This document shows positions 39,650 through 49,621 of a stretch of DNA of 64,000 nt, piece after piece. Position numbers and translations under genes: made by a program. Source of the DNA: a virus. The notes beneath the pieces were generated by a model, which worked only from the letters and a program-made list of their open reading frames with translations, was not told where the DNA came from and did no database searches. Where the stretch lies: positions 9,125-73,124 of IMG/VR virus record IMGVR_UViG_3300032046_006283, one strand, 5' to 3'. Positions within the stretch are counted from its first letter, which is position 1, and each line of letters begins with the position of its first letter.

Positions 39650-40054
39650 TTACTCCTTTTCTTCTTTCCACCTTTTTGCAAAATTTTTAATTGTATCTAA
39701 TCCATAAAATCTCATGGATTTGTAAATTAACAATGGTGTTCGTTCTTCGGCAATTGGCCCGCAAAGCACACAGTTAACTCCGGACTTAAATAATTCTAAA
39801 ACTGCTTCTTTATCTTCTTCACTTGTATTAAAGAATATCCTTGGAACATCTTCTTCCTTCTTCCTCTTAAATAAAATCTTAGGAAATTTCATTTTTGAAA
39901 TACCTCCAGGCATTGTTCTATTATCAACATCTAAATCTACTACAATACCTCCGCATACTGAACACCATCTAACAACAGTTGAACAACCTACACCATTTTC
40001 TAATGTTTCATAAATTATTTCTAACTCATGATCTTTTCCATCAATACATGGCAT
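39650..40054 (-). CDS. Hypothetical protein with Cys/His motifs
   Basis: C...H...WCSVCG. Confidence 0.5.
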   Translation of the reverse strand: MPCIDGKDHELEIIYETLENGVGCSTVVRWCSVCGGIVVDLDVDNRTMPGGISKMKFPKILFKRKKEEDVPRIFFNTSEEDKEAVLELFKSGVNCVLCGPIAEERTPLLIYKSMRFYGLDTIKNFAKRWKEEKE

Positions 40055-40069
40055 ACTTTTTCTCCTTCT

Positions 40070-40879
40070 TTAACTTTCACTATTATATTTTTCCATCGTC
40101 TCTATATTCTTTAATACAAGTTTTTCAACACTTTCCGAAACAGTTTTAATACCAAAATAATCATCAGGCCTTTTCGGAGCTTCAAAATATAAATCGTGTG
40201 TTTCTTTAATATCAATATCATTCAAAGCACATATAAACGCTTTTGAAGAATCAGCACTTCTAATAAATTCAAAACGTTTCAAATACTTAATCTCAATAGG
40301 ATGTCCTCCTATACCAAGACAATGAAATTGTTTATTATATTTTGAGAAATTAAAATGTTTATTCAAATAACTTATAACTGCAATCCTTAATAAACTTTTA
40401 GGAATACCCCACGCTCGAAATGCTTCATTTATAGCACCATATGAAAAACCTATAGTATCTACTTCATTCATTTGTAATAACTCTAAAAAACATTTTTCAT
40501 ACTCATCAATAGTTTTTCCTTGAGGAACTGCCATTAAACTTAATGACTGAATAATTGATGATGTGTTATTTGATAATTCATTCAGAGCTTCTTTCACACG
40601 TTGAATAGTTATTGCACCATCAAGATAACAATCTGGTAAAACTAATTCTTTAGCCCAAACCAATTCAGTTGCTTTAATAACATCATCTAAAGGAAAAGCA
40701 TTACCATATTCAAAAGCACCATTATCCATTATAATAAAATCATTTCTGAAACTTTTTTCTCGATACACCTCTTCATACTGCTTGTTTTTCAAAACTTCAG
40801 GTGCAATTAAAAGATGTATAGTAGAATTTTGAGTACACATTCTTACATAATTTACAGGAACAATATGACAAATCTTCAT
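40070..40879 (-). CDS. TGT-fold DpdA-like transglycosylase (probable start MKICHIV at 40879)
   Basis: IMDNGAFE, LPD, AVPQG, HCLG and RSADSS correspond to TGT/DpdA catalytic-barrel motifs; the genome also carries queCDE. Confidence 0.7.
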   Translation of the reverse strand: MKICHIVPVNYVRMCTQNSTIHLLIAPEVLKNKQYEEVYREKSFRNDFIIMDNGAFEYGNAFPLDDVIKATELVWAKELVLPDCYLDGAITIQRVKEALNELSNNTSSIIQSLSLMAVPQGKTIDEYEKCFLELLQMNEVDTIGFSYGAINEAFRAWGIPKSLLRIAVISYLNKHFNFSKYNKQFHCLGIGGHPIEIKYLKRFEFIRSADSSKAFICALNDIDIKETHDLYFEAPKRPDDYFGIKTVSESVEKLVLKNIETMEKYNSES

Positions 40880-40880
40880 T

Positions 40881-41417
40881 TTAAAACTCCTTGCAAATAA
40901 TATCTTCAATATGTTTAACTCTTTCTTCAACAGAGCCTCTTATTATAAAGTAATTAGGATACAATGAATAAAAAGTCTCTAATAATTTTTGTATCTCACT
41001 ATCAATAGTTTTTTGATACTCAATATCTTCAGCTCTAACACCATCCCTAACTAATGGAAATTCTATTGGAAGGTAAAAAACAAAATCTGCAAAATGTTGT
41101 GCTTCTAATTGACACAATGCAAATAATAATCTCAATACATAATCAGGTAATTTATTATTTACTGCATAAGCAGTTTGCCGTATTATAGAACTTACAGAAA
41201 TAAAATCTTGTTTTGTATTTGTATTTAATTGATTCAAATACCTTCTAATTGTTGTTAACTGACTTTCTATGTCATTAGTTTTATTTATTTGAAATCCTTC
41301 TTGCTGTGCATTACGATGAATACCATCAATAAGGTGTAAAGAAGGATGTCTCTTTTGAATTTCCTTTGCTAAAACTGATTTACCTGTTCCTTGAGCACCT
41401 ACTAATAAAATTTTCAT
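40881..41417 (-). CDS. P-loop nucleoside monophosphate kinase-like protein (AAA_28/NadR-like)
   Basis: GAQGTGKS, FYLPIEF, DGVR, RGSVEER. Confidence 0.75.
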   Translation of the reverse strand: MKILLVGAQGTGKSVLAKEIQKRHPSLHLIDGIHRNAQQEGFQINKTNDIESQLTTIRRYLNQLNTNTKQDFISVSSIIRQTAYAVNNKLPDYVLRLLFALCQLEAQHFADFVFYLPIEFPLVRDGVRAEDIEYQKTIDSEIQKLLETFYSLYPNYFIIRGSVEERVKHIEDIICKEF

Positions 41418-41429
41418 ATTTTTTCCTTC

Positions 41430-41873
41430 TTAAACAATTCCTATAATATTTGGAAATAATATCATTAACTCTCTTAAAAAAGAGTCTTGAGAATCAGAAA
41501 TATGAATAGCATTAGCTGGTAATTTTGAACCAAATAATTGTCTAATTGTTCCTTCTTCTGCTTTTTCTGGATCAGTATCACCCGCAAGTCTTCTTAAATT
41601 AGAAATGAATTGAGAATATGAAATACCCGAAGTATCTTCAACAACTAAAACTAAAACAGGATCAGAACTCATATATCTAACATTACGTTCAAAAAAATCT
41701 TTTCCTTTATGTTCTTGATAAAACTCACAAGCCCTTTCATAACTTAATAGCATTGTTTGTGCAATTGTAATACGACTTTTTCCTAACCATTCTATTATTG
41801 CAATTATTCTTCCAACATTACCTTCTTTAACTGCATCTGGTTTAATAATACATAAACATAAACATTTAGACAT
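41430..41873 (-). CDS. ndk: Nucleoside diphosphate kinase
   Basis: IIKPDA, FYxEHxGKxFF, GxTDP, GTIR, NAIHxSDS. Confidence 0.93.
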   Translation of the reverse strand: MSKCLCLCIIKPDAVKEGNVGRIIAIIEWLGKSRITIAQTMLLSYERACEFYQEHKGKDFFERNVRYMSSDPVLVLVVEDTSGISYSQFISNLRRLAGDTDPEKAEEGTIRQLFGSKLPANAIHISDSQDSFLRELMILFPNIIGIV

Positions 41874-41885
41874 TTTTATTTCTCC

Positions 41886-42251
41886 TCACGATGATATCTC
41901 ATCTAATTTTGAACCTTCCACCCAAAGGTTTCCTTCTCTATCCTTATAAGCAATTATATGTTCAATAAAAACACTATGAGCAACGTAAACAAAAAGATTA
42001 ACTTCACCTAACTTTTTCAATTCACTTTCTGGAATCTCTTTTGTTTCATTTGTAGGAAAATATAAATCCTTGCCACCTAAATCTAATATATTTAATCCAG
42101 TTTCTTCATAAAATTGATCCACATTATCCCATCCACCTTCTTGAGCATATAATTCTGCTCCTCCTCCCATTTCTGATAATATTTTAACCATTTCCATTTT
42201 TATTCCTCTTTTCTTATAGATCTCTGTGATGTCCAGGTTGAGGATTCCCAA
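41886..42251 (-). CDS. Hypothetical acidic protein
   Basis: ORF only. Confidence 0.5.
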   Translation of the reverse strand: MGILNLDITEIYKKRGIKMEMVKILSEMGGGAELYAQEGGWDNVDQFYEETGLNILDLGGKDLYFPTNETKEIPESELKKLGEVNLFVYVAHSVFIEHIIAYKDREGNLWVEGSKLDEISS

Positions 42252-42312
42252 AAAATAATTTACAACAGAACTGATATAAACAACACTTGATCATCATCTC
42301 CTTATTCAAATT

Positions 42313-42648
42313 TTAAAATTTACTCGGGAAAATTGATATTGGAAAAGTAAGTATCATATAAACTATGCATAACATAAATATTCCCATAATTGGTAAAAAT
42401 ATTCTACCGAACCAATCATTTTCTATTTCATATTCCTTCGGTGGAAATGGTGGGAAATCATCGTCACCAATTAATCCAGCAACTACAGCAGCTGCAGTAA
42501 ACTCAGTCCCGCTATAGATACTATATAGAAGTTGAAACGCTTTTGGTATAAATGCTGATGAAATCAGAAGAACTCCGAATGCACTTACTAGTAAAAATAT
42601 AAATATCAATGATACTCCCATAGCTATTTCTAAAATATGCCAAATCAT
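42313..42648 (-). CDS. Small membrane protein
   Basis: Two to three hydrophobic segments; GGAGG RBS. Confidence 0.55.
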   Translation of the reverse strand: MIWHILEIAMGVSLIFIFLLVSAFGVLLISSAFIPKAFQLLYSIYSGTEFTAAAVVAGLIGDDDFPPFPPKEYEIENDWFGRIFLPIMGIFMLCIVYMILTFPISIFPSKF

Positions 42649-42665
42649 TTCATAACCTCCTTTAC

Positions 42666-43232
42666 TTATTTATCCACTATTTTAAATACACCTTTTTCAA
42701 TCTTCTGAATTCTATACTTTTTCTTTAACTGCTGAATAATTCCATAAATAGTGCGATACTCCATTTTTAATATTTTCACCATTTCTTTCACTGGAGTTCC
42801 TTTTTTAAGTTCTTCAAGAATTTGTTGATTCTCAAATTTACCAGTTTTATTCCTATTTTCTTTTTTAGAACCTTCTTCCACTTCTTCAGTTTCCGGTACT
42901 TTTTTTAATTGCAGAATATACTTTTCAGAAACTTCATCATCATGTGAAATCTTAGCACCAGTTAATATAGAATTAACATTCTTAACTGAAGGTAATGTTT
43001 GAAGGTCAGTAGCCTCCAAAGGATAATCTGGATCTAAAAATAATTCAGTTCCCCAAGAAGTATATACAACAACCTTTTTAAGAATACCCTCAGAATCATT
43101 TTCACGCCTTAAAATTTGAACCGGATAAAAACCCCAAAGACATTCTTTCTTGTTATTATCAAGTTGTTTACCACCTCTTGTTAAATAAATAGATCCTAAT
43201 TGTGCGTCTTTTGCTGCAATTTTTTCTGCCAT
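42666..43232 (-). CDS. Protein with a C-terminal winged HTH
   Basis: ILEELKKG...KEMVKIL...RTIYGIIQQLKK; GAGGAGG RBS. Confidence 0.55.
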   Translation of the reverse strand: MAEKIAAKDAQLGSIYLTRGGKQLDNNKKECLWGFYPVQILRRENDSEGILKKVVVYTSWGTELFLDPDYPLEATDLQTLPSVKNVNSILTGAKISHDDEVSEKYILQLKKVPETEEVEEGSKKENRNKTGKFENQQILEELKKGTPVKEMVKILKMEYRTIYGIIQQLKKKYRIQKIEKGVFKIVDK

Positions 43233-43252
43233 AACTATACCTCCTCTTACAA

Positions 43253-43267
43253 TATATTATACACAAA
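43253..43267 (-). promoter_or_regulatory. Putative promoter motif TTTGTGTATAATATA
   Basis: Identical to 36078-36092. Confidence 0.55.
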
Positions 43268-43311
43268 TTCAAAGGTATAGTTGCATATTATTTTATACAA
43301 TCTATATCTTT

Positions 43312-44403
43312 TCAATTTTCATTCAAAAAATGTTTTGTAAGCATTGATAATATTCTACCACCAATCGCTTGCAGTTGTAAAGAACTTCTCCATTCATATT
43401 TTTTACTACAATCAGTCACTCTATTATAAGCATCATAAACATTAACATCAGTAGCTTCCGGTTCTTTTTGACCTTCTGCAAACAATTGTCTATTATAAGA
43501 TCTCTTAAAATCAACTAAATGAAGAATTGTTTTTCGTCCTTCTTCATCTTTTCCTATAACAGAATCGGCTTGTTCTTTACCCGCAATTCGATTAACAGCT
43601 TTCCAAACACTCTCAACTTGAAAATCAGTCAAAGAAGTTTCTGGTATTTTACTATAAACAGTACTTAGTCTTTCAACGTTCACTTTTAAATTTTGAACAT
43701 TCTGCATGAAATATTGAAAATCTTTATTCAAAGAAATATTCTTATTCGAATCCCTTCTTACACATCCCCAATCGCTTGTCATCGTAGCACCATTCTGGCA
43801 AGTAAGTCTGTAAAGATAAAGACGTGCCATCGCATCTCTATCTCCAGTATCTGAATTTAAAATACGAAAACCTATTTTTGTAATATCTCCAACTTTCGGT
43901 TCTAAAGGTTTTATTGCTGAATTTATTACATTAAGGTCAAAACCACGAGGCCCTATTCTCATTGATTCCCATTCAATGGTAGTCATATTCTTAAAAAGTT
44001 TGTCAATTTCTGTCAAAAATTCTTTATTAGGAAAAGGTCTATATTTTGACTTAACAATATTTACAATTTCATTTTCTTTTCCTATAAGAAGAATTATACC
44101 TTCATCTTTTTTCTCTCGAAGTAACCGAGTAATATTCTTCTGTAACAAATCGATCGGAATCTTTCTTGCAAATGGATCTGGAATTTGTAAAAACCTACAA
44201 AGAGATTGTAAACTCCATTGCGTCATCTTTCTAATGTTAGTATCTACAATTAAATTAGCAATACCATCTAAAGAAACCTGAATGTCAGCAAAAGACACCT
44301 TCTGAGAAGTGGTATCAAATGGCTCAATTGATTGCAGTGCATTTTCCATATTTAACACATTTACACATTCTTTTTCTGGTGCAAAATCTAATTCTTCATA
44401 CAT
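43312..44403 (-). CDS. DUF932/DUF945-like protein (probable start at 44403)
   Basis: ILNSDTG...YRLTCQNGA; GGAGG RBS before MYEELD. Confidence 0.6.
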   Translation of the reverse strand: MYEELDFAPEKECVNVLNMENALQSIEPFDTTSQKVSFADIQVSLDGIANLIVDTNIRKMTQWSLQSLCRFLQIPDPFARKIPIDLLQKNITRLLREKKDEGIILLIGKENEIVNIVKSKYRPFPNKEFLTEIDKLFKNMTTIEWESMRIGPRGFDLNVINSAIKPLEPKVGDITKIGFRILNSDTGDRDAMARLYLYRLTCQNGATMTSDWGCVRRDSNKNISLNKDFQYFMQNVQNLKVNVERLSTVYSKIPETSLTDFQVESVWKAVNRIAGKEQADSVIGKDEEGRKTILHLVDFKRSYNRQLFAEGQKEPEATDVNVYDAYNRVTDCSKKYEWRSSLQLQAIGGRILSMLTKHFLNEN

Positions 44404-44465
44404 ACAAAATCCTCCTTTTACTTTTAAATACACAAATTTTTTCCAAAACCAAACAATTATATTAA

Positions 44466-45227
44466 TTATTTTACTTTAACTTTCATTAACTCTTTAACAA
44501 TTATATTTTTATTATTCAAAATATCACTTTCCCAAAACCTCAATACTATAAATCCATTTTCTTTTGCTAATTGCTCATTTTTAATATCTCTTTCTTTTTG
44601 TTTTAATTGTATTTCATTTAATTTACTATAAATTTTCGGATTACCATGCCAGTAATCTCCATCTACTTCTACTAAAACGTTAGTGTTCAAAAAATGAAAA
44701 TCTGCTAAATGGCTACCTACACAGTATTGTTTTTCATAAGGAATGTTCAAAAATATTAGTATCTCTTCCATTTTAAGTTCAGGTTTAGTATCTTTGTAAG
44801 GACCTTTATAATTTTGAAATTGAAATAATGTTTTTTCGCGTATTTTATTTTTTGTTCTTTCAGAAAGTTTTCTTCCTTTAAGTTTTTCACTTCCCTTTTT
44901 TATTCTTTCATCTGTTTCCTTTGTTAATCCTTTATTCCAAGCTTTACGCTCCATATTCGCAATACTTATTTTTTTCTTTATAACATCAGAAAGGGGTTTC
45001 CTTTTTTTACCTTTTTTTAAATTGCTTAATTTTTTTCTTGTATCATTAGAACGTTTTTGACCTGTATTTGCAATTTTTATTTTTTTAATTACTTCAGGGC
45101 GATTCATTACCTCTTTTGTATGATTACTTATTAACTTTTTTATTTCATTTGCTTTTTCAGTTCCAAATATTTCTTCAAAAGTTTTACCTTTATTCCATGG
45201 AATATGCCCCTTTATATATTTACTCAT
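44466..45227 (-). CDS. Freestanding endonuclease: NUMOD3 repeats plus a DUF559/Vsr-like domain
   Basis: PWNKG, AWNKGLTKET, TKPE, ADFH, VEVDGDYWHG, LRFWE. Confidence 0.82.
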   Translation of the reverse strand: MSKYIKGHIPWNKGKTFEEIFGTEKANEIKKLISNHTKEVMNRPEVIKKIKIANTGQKRSNDTRKKLSNLKKGKKRKPLSDVIKKKISIANMERKAWNKGLTKETDERIKKGSEKLKGRKLSERTKNKIREKTLFQFQNYKGPYKDTKPELKMEEILIFLNIPYEKQYCVGSHLADFHFLNTNVLVEVDGDYWHGNPKIYSKLNEIQLKQKERDIKNEQLAKENGFIVLRFWESDILNNKNIIVKELMKVKVK

Positions 45228-47749
45228 CCCTTCTCCTTTAATTCTACCAATTTACCCCATCTATCACCTACAGAAATATCAACACCCATCTTAACACGAA
45301 TAGGACCTGCTATAGTATCATAGCCTCTTGCAACTTCCTCTTTTATTATTTTAATAAAATTATCTTTTTCTTCTATTGGAACTTCATAAATTAAAGAGTC
45401 ATGAATAGTAAGAACTAATTTTGCTTTACTCTTTATTTGTTTTAAACGATTATAAATTCTAATGCCAGTTATAGCAGTAATATCAGCAGCCATCCCTTGT
45501 ATTGGACTATTAACAGCTTGCCTCATTGCATCACTTCGTTCTTTTCTATCATGCATATCCATATTATCATTCCAAGGAATTTGTGCTGCAGGAAGTCTTC
45601 TAATTCTTCCAAAAGCGTTTCTTACTTCACCATATTTTTGAGCTACTTTTTGAATATTAAATATCCATTCCTTTGCTTTTGGATATCGATCAAAAAATAC
45701 TTTTCTAATATATTCAGCTTCTTTTTCTGTCATTCCATGCTCTTCTGCTAAACTTTTTGCACCACGGCCAAACATAATTCCAAATACAGAGTTTTTTGCT
45801 TGCTGCCTTTCCTCTTTTGTAATCGTTTCTATTTTCTTACCAAAACAAACAGATGCTGTTTGTTTATGAATATCAATACCAGATTTTATATCTTCAGTCA
45901 TTTTTGGATCGTTAGAATAATGGCCCCAGCATCTAAATTCTGCTTGCCTTTGATCAATTTCTACTAAAACACATCCAGAATTAGGTATAAAACATTCTTT
46001 AATTTCACTGCCTCGAGGAATGTTTTGAAGATTAGGATTCGTACTCGAAAGTCTACCAGTTACTGTTCCATCTACATGATAATCTGTATGAATTCTACCA
46101 TTCTCATCTACTCTATTAAGCATTCCTATAACATAAGTACTATATAATTTACTTAAATCACGATGTTCTTTCAATTTAGTTAATTCTGGAGAGTATTCTA
46201 CTAAAACATCTAAAGTTTCTGCATCTGTAGATAAATTCCCTTTTTTAGTTTCTTTTACCGGTTCAAGTCCAAGAACATCAAATAACAATATTCGTAATTG
46301 TGTAGGAGAATTCATATTAAAAACAATAGGTCTTACATATTTTTGCACATATTGTTCTTTAGTAAGTTTTGATTTTATTTTTAAACTATCATACTTCTTT
46401 TCAACTTTTTTCGCAGCAATATCCCACAATCTTTTTTCAGTAATGTTCACTGCGTCTGTTTCTCTAAATTCTTTTTCAATGACTTTTAAACGTTCTGAAT
46501 ATTTAACTTCCAATTCTCTAAGGCGCTCTATATCTAATCGGACGCCATCATATTCAGTATCTATTAATACTTTCTGAAATGGTATGGTAATCTTGTTAAG
46601 CAGCCTCATTAATCCTTGTTCTTCAAGCATTGGCTTAAATTTCTTATAACAACAAAAAGTTGCATCAGCATCCATCGCAGAATATTTCCAAAGAATATCA
46701 TTTGGAATAATTGCATAAGAAATATTTTTTGTTGTTAAATATTTATCCAACACATCTTCATATCGCCCCATATCAGGGAAATAGCGCAAGACCATAGGAG
46801 TTAATCCATGTCCTTCTCTTCCTGCATTCTCATCTAAAAGATGATGCGCAAGCATTGTATCAAACGCAAAATTATTTACTTCAATCCCAAAAGTTCTTAA
46901 AAACTGAATATCAAATGATAAATTTTGTCCTATTTTATAAACATTATTTTCTAACACTTTTTTTAGTTCACTCACTACATATTCTTTTTCTTCGGAGTTC
47001 CAAAACTCTTGACAATATTGTTGCAATATAGGCAAAACTACTCCTGTTCTTTCTTTCCAAGAAAAACTACAACACAAAATTTTATCTTTTTTAGGATCTA
47101 AACCACTTGTTTCTAAATCCAAAGTAAAAGCTTCAGCACTGTTTAATTTCTCAAAAAGTGTTTTAGCTTTCTTTATCGTATTCGCAACTACATATTTTGC
47201 AGGTTCTGGTTCTACAGGATTATTCAACCATTTTAAAACATTTCTTAAATGGTCTATCATTGTCTCTTGCATTCCTAAATTTCTACAAATATATGCGGGG
47301 TGATAAGTAGGCATTATCCAACAATTATATTTATCACTCCAATAACGAGATCCTGCATATTTTGTAATACCATCTAAATTAAGTAAATATTGAAGAGCAA
47401 CATTACCTAAAGGAACAATAATTTTTGGTTTAGTTATTCTAATATCTTCTTCAAGGTAAGGAACACAAGCATTTATTTCTTCTGGTTCGGGGTTTCTATT
47501 ATCGGGAGGACGACACTTCACTACATTATCAATTCTAAAATCCTCTCTACGTGCTTTTATTAATTGTAAAATAATATTAAGGCGCTTACCAGCAGCTCCT
47601 ACAAAAGGCTCTCCTATTTCGTCTTCTTCTACTCCTGGGGCTTCTCCAATTAACATTATATTAGCGGGAGTAGGACCTATACCTTTAATACAAGAGTTTT
47701 TACACTCTTTAAATAAAGAACACTTATTACAATTCATATACTTTACCAA
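45224..47749 (-). CDS. polA: Family A DNA polymerase with an N-terminal family-4 uracil-DNA glycosylase domain and a 3'-5' exonuclease
   Basis: UDG: CxxC, GEAPG, PFVG, KCRPP, YHP; exonuclease: DLET; polymerase: TGRLSS, NLQN, DxxQAE, RxxAK, NSPIQG, HD. Confidence 0.93.
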   Translation of the reverse strand: MVKYMNCNKCSLFKECKNSCIKGIGPTPANIMLIGEAPGVEEDEIGEPFVGAAGKRLNIILQLIKARREDFRIDNVVKCRPPDNRNPEPEEINACVPYLEEDIRITKPKIIVPLGNVALQYLLNLDGITKYAGSRYWSDKYNCWIMPTYHPAYICRNLGMQETMIDHLRNVLKWLNNPVEPEPAKYVVANTIKKAKTLFEKLNSAEAFTLDLETSGLDPKKDKILCCSFSWKERTGVVLPILQQYCQEFWNSEEKEYVVSELKKVLENNVYKIGQNLSFDIQFLRTFGIEVNNFAFDTMLAHHLLDENAGREGHGLTPMVLRYFPDMGRYEDVLDKYLTTKNISYAIIPNDILWKYSAMDADATFCCYKKFKPMLEEQGLMRLLNKITIPFQKVLIDTEYDGVRLDIERLRELEVKYSERLKVIEKEFRETDAVNITEKRLWDIAAKKVEKKYDSLKIKSKLTKEQYVQKYVRPIVFNMNSPTQLRILLFDVLGLEPVKETKKGNLSTDAETLDVLVEYSPELTKLKEHRDLSKLYSTYVIGMLNRVDENGRIHTDYHVDGTVTGRLSSTNPNLQNIPRGSEIKECFIPNSGCVLVEIDQRQAEFRCWGHYSNDPKMTEDIKSGIDIHKQTASVCFGKKIETITKEERQQAKNSVFGIMFGRGAKSLAEEHGMTEKEAEYIRKVFFDRYPKAKEWIFNIQKVAQKYGEVRNAFGRIRRLPAAQIPWNDNMDMHDRKERSDAMRQAVNSPIQGMAADITAITGIRIYNRLKQIKSKAKLVLTIHDSLIYEVPIEEKDNFIKIIKEEVARGYDTIAGPIRVKMGVDISVGDRWGKLVELKEKG

Positions 47750-47928
47750 TACTTTTTATCTGCTTTTTTAACTGACTTAAAAGGATCAAAATTTAATTCT
47801 ATCATACGTTCAATCTTATCAAATTCAGCTTGAAGTTCAATATACCGTAAGTATTTACGATATTTAAACGAAAATACTATTTTAAACAAATGAATAAGTC
47901 GATATAAAATTTTCTTAAATTTATTCAA
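47743..47928 (-). CDS. Small hypothetical protein
   Basis: ORF overlapping the polA start. Confidence 0.4.
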   Translation of the reverse strand: MNKFKKILYRLIHLFKIVFSFKYRKYLRYIELQAEFDKIERMIELNFDPFKSVKKADKKYW

Positions 47929-48099
47929 ACTTAATTTCTATTTTAACTTAAAAAATATTTGTTTCAATGTTTTTAAATTAAGATACTTTCTTTCTTTTAA
48001 AATCAAAATGAACCTTTTAGTAATTCTATACCACCAATGCCAAAGATAAAAAATAAATCCAATCCAAAATATTAAAAACACAACGCTTAAATAATACAA

Positions 48100-48306
48100 T
48101 TATTTTCCTTCAACAAATTTAGCTTTTTTTGAATCATTTCCAGGAAATCCAGAACCTTTAAAAATAATACCTCCAGAACCTCCTGTAATAAGACTGGGGA
48201 TTTTCTCACCACATTGTGAACATTTATCAACATGTTCAACATTCATAGGCATTTCTTTTTCCCATTTAATATTGCATTTTTTACAAAAAAATTCATATGT
48301 AGCCAT
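48100..48306 (-). CDS. FmdB-like zinc-ribbon protein
   Basis: MATYEFFCKKC...CSQCG...IIFKGSGF. Confidence 0.75.
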   Translation of the reverse strand: MATYEFFCKKCNIKWEKEMPMNVEHVDKCSQCGEKIPSLITGGSGGIIFKGSGFPGNDSKKAKFVEGK

Positions 48307-48319
48307 AAAATACCTTTTA

Positions 48320-48550
48320 CTACTTATTCTGGCTGAGTTTATAAGATGCATACATCTTTTGTAAATGTTCTATAAATGAAGACAATTCCCTAACTTTAAT
48401 AAAAAATATTCCAGTGTCAGAATCAGTTACTAAAAGATTCTCTTCTTTTAAATACTTGATAAATCCTTCATGCATTAATTCAACTCTAAGATCACTATTC
48501 TCTGTTGGAGTAATACACAATTCCAATTCTGGAATAAGAGTATTATCCAT
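48320..48550 (-). CDS. Hypothetical protein
   Basis: GGAGG RBS. Confidence 0.5.
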   Translation of the reverse strand: MDNTLIPELELCITPTENSDLRVELMHEGFIKYLKEENLLVTDSDTGIFFIKVRELSSFIEHLQKMYASYKLSQNK

Positions 48551-48560
48551 AAGTCACCTC

Positions 48561-49028
48561 CTATTTATTTTTATTTTCAATTAATTTTTGTTTCAATTTT
48601 TCCCAAAAAGCACATGGACTTGCAGCCATTATTTCATATTGCCAAATATTCTTTAACTCAAAAAATTTATCATTCGCAACACTATCTTCAAGATAGTTTT
48701 TAGTCATAAAAGTCCATATAATTAAAATAGAATTAGGATTATTTTCTAAAAATTTCTCTATTCTTCTTCCATAACTATCTATTAATCCTGGAGAGCCTAA
48801 CATTATTCCTCCATAATCTACTACTAAAATATCAAAATTTTCATTATCTAAAGAAAGGTCCCTAAGATCTCTAAATACAAAATCAATCTCCGGCATAAAT
48901 TCTTTAAAATATTTCTTAATCGTTTTTCTCTCATCTTCTGGAGTTGTTTCTATAATTAATGGCCTCATAAAATCAACAAATATTCCAACCGTTAATTTTT
49001 TTGTTTTACTTTTTTCTTTTTTACTCAT
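48561..49028 (-). CDS. Hypothetical protein, possibly receiver (CheY)-like fold
   Basis: IFVD...FDILVVDY...ILIIWT spacing resembles a receiver domain; weak. Confidence 0.35.
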   Translation of the reverse strand: MSKKEKSKTKKLTVGIFVDFMRPLIIETTPEDERKTIKKYFKEFMPEIDFVFRDLRDLSLDNENFDILVVDYGGIMLGSPGLIDSYGRRIEKFLENNPNSILIIWTFMTKNYLEDSVANDKFFELKNIWQYEIMAASPCAFWEKLKQKLIENKNK

Positions 49029-49171
49029 CTAATTTATCTCCTCTATTTCTTCATATTGAGTATCAAATTTTTGTAGATCAATATCTTGGATTATCCCCAT
49101 TGTTAACATTACTAAATATAAAACGATAAAGTAAATAATAATTCGCTTTAATATTTTTTTAATATTTATTT

Positions 49172-49609
49172 TCATCTACCACTACTTCCATATCCTTTTT
49201 TTCCTCTTTCACTCTTTGAAAGTTTATCAACTTGAATCAACTTAGTTTTTGGTAATCTAAAGAAAATAATTTGAGCTATCTTATCACCTTTTAAAATTTC
49301 CATAGCTTCTGCTTTATTCGAACATTGTGAACTATTCCGAATAAAAATAGACACTTCATTTCTATAACCAGAATCTATAACTCCATGATGCACAACTTTA
49401 CCTTCTTTTCCATAACTACTACGAGTAAAAACTATACCAACCCATCCAGGAGGAATTTCAAAGCACACTCTAGTATGTACTTCAGTGCATTTACCAAAAG
49501 GAATTATAACATCTTCAGTCGCATACAAATCCCACCCAGCATCATATTCATACGCTTGAGTTGGCAACTTAGCATCTGGATGTAATAACTTACATTTTAC
49601 TTTAATCAT
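49172..49609 (-). CDS. dut: Trimeric dUTPase
   Basis: AGWDL, RSS, GVIDSGYR, IAQ, RGxxGYGSSG. Confidence 0.9.
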   Translation of the reverse strand: MIKVKCKLLHPDAKLPTQAYEYDAGWDLYATEDVIIPFGKCTEVHTRVCFEIPPGWVGIVFTRSSYGKEGKVVHHGVIDSGYRNEVSIFIRNSSQCSNKAEAMEILKGDKIAQIIFFRLPKTKLIQVDKLSKSERGKKGYGSSGR

Positions 49610-49621
49610 AATTTTATCCTC

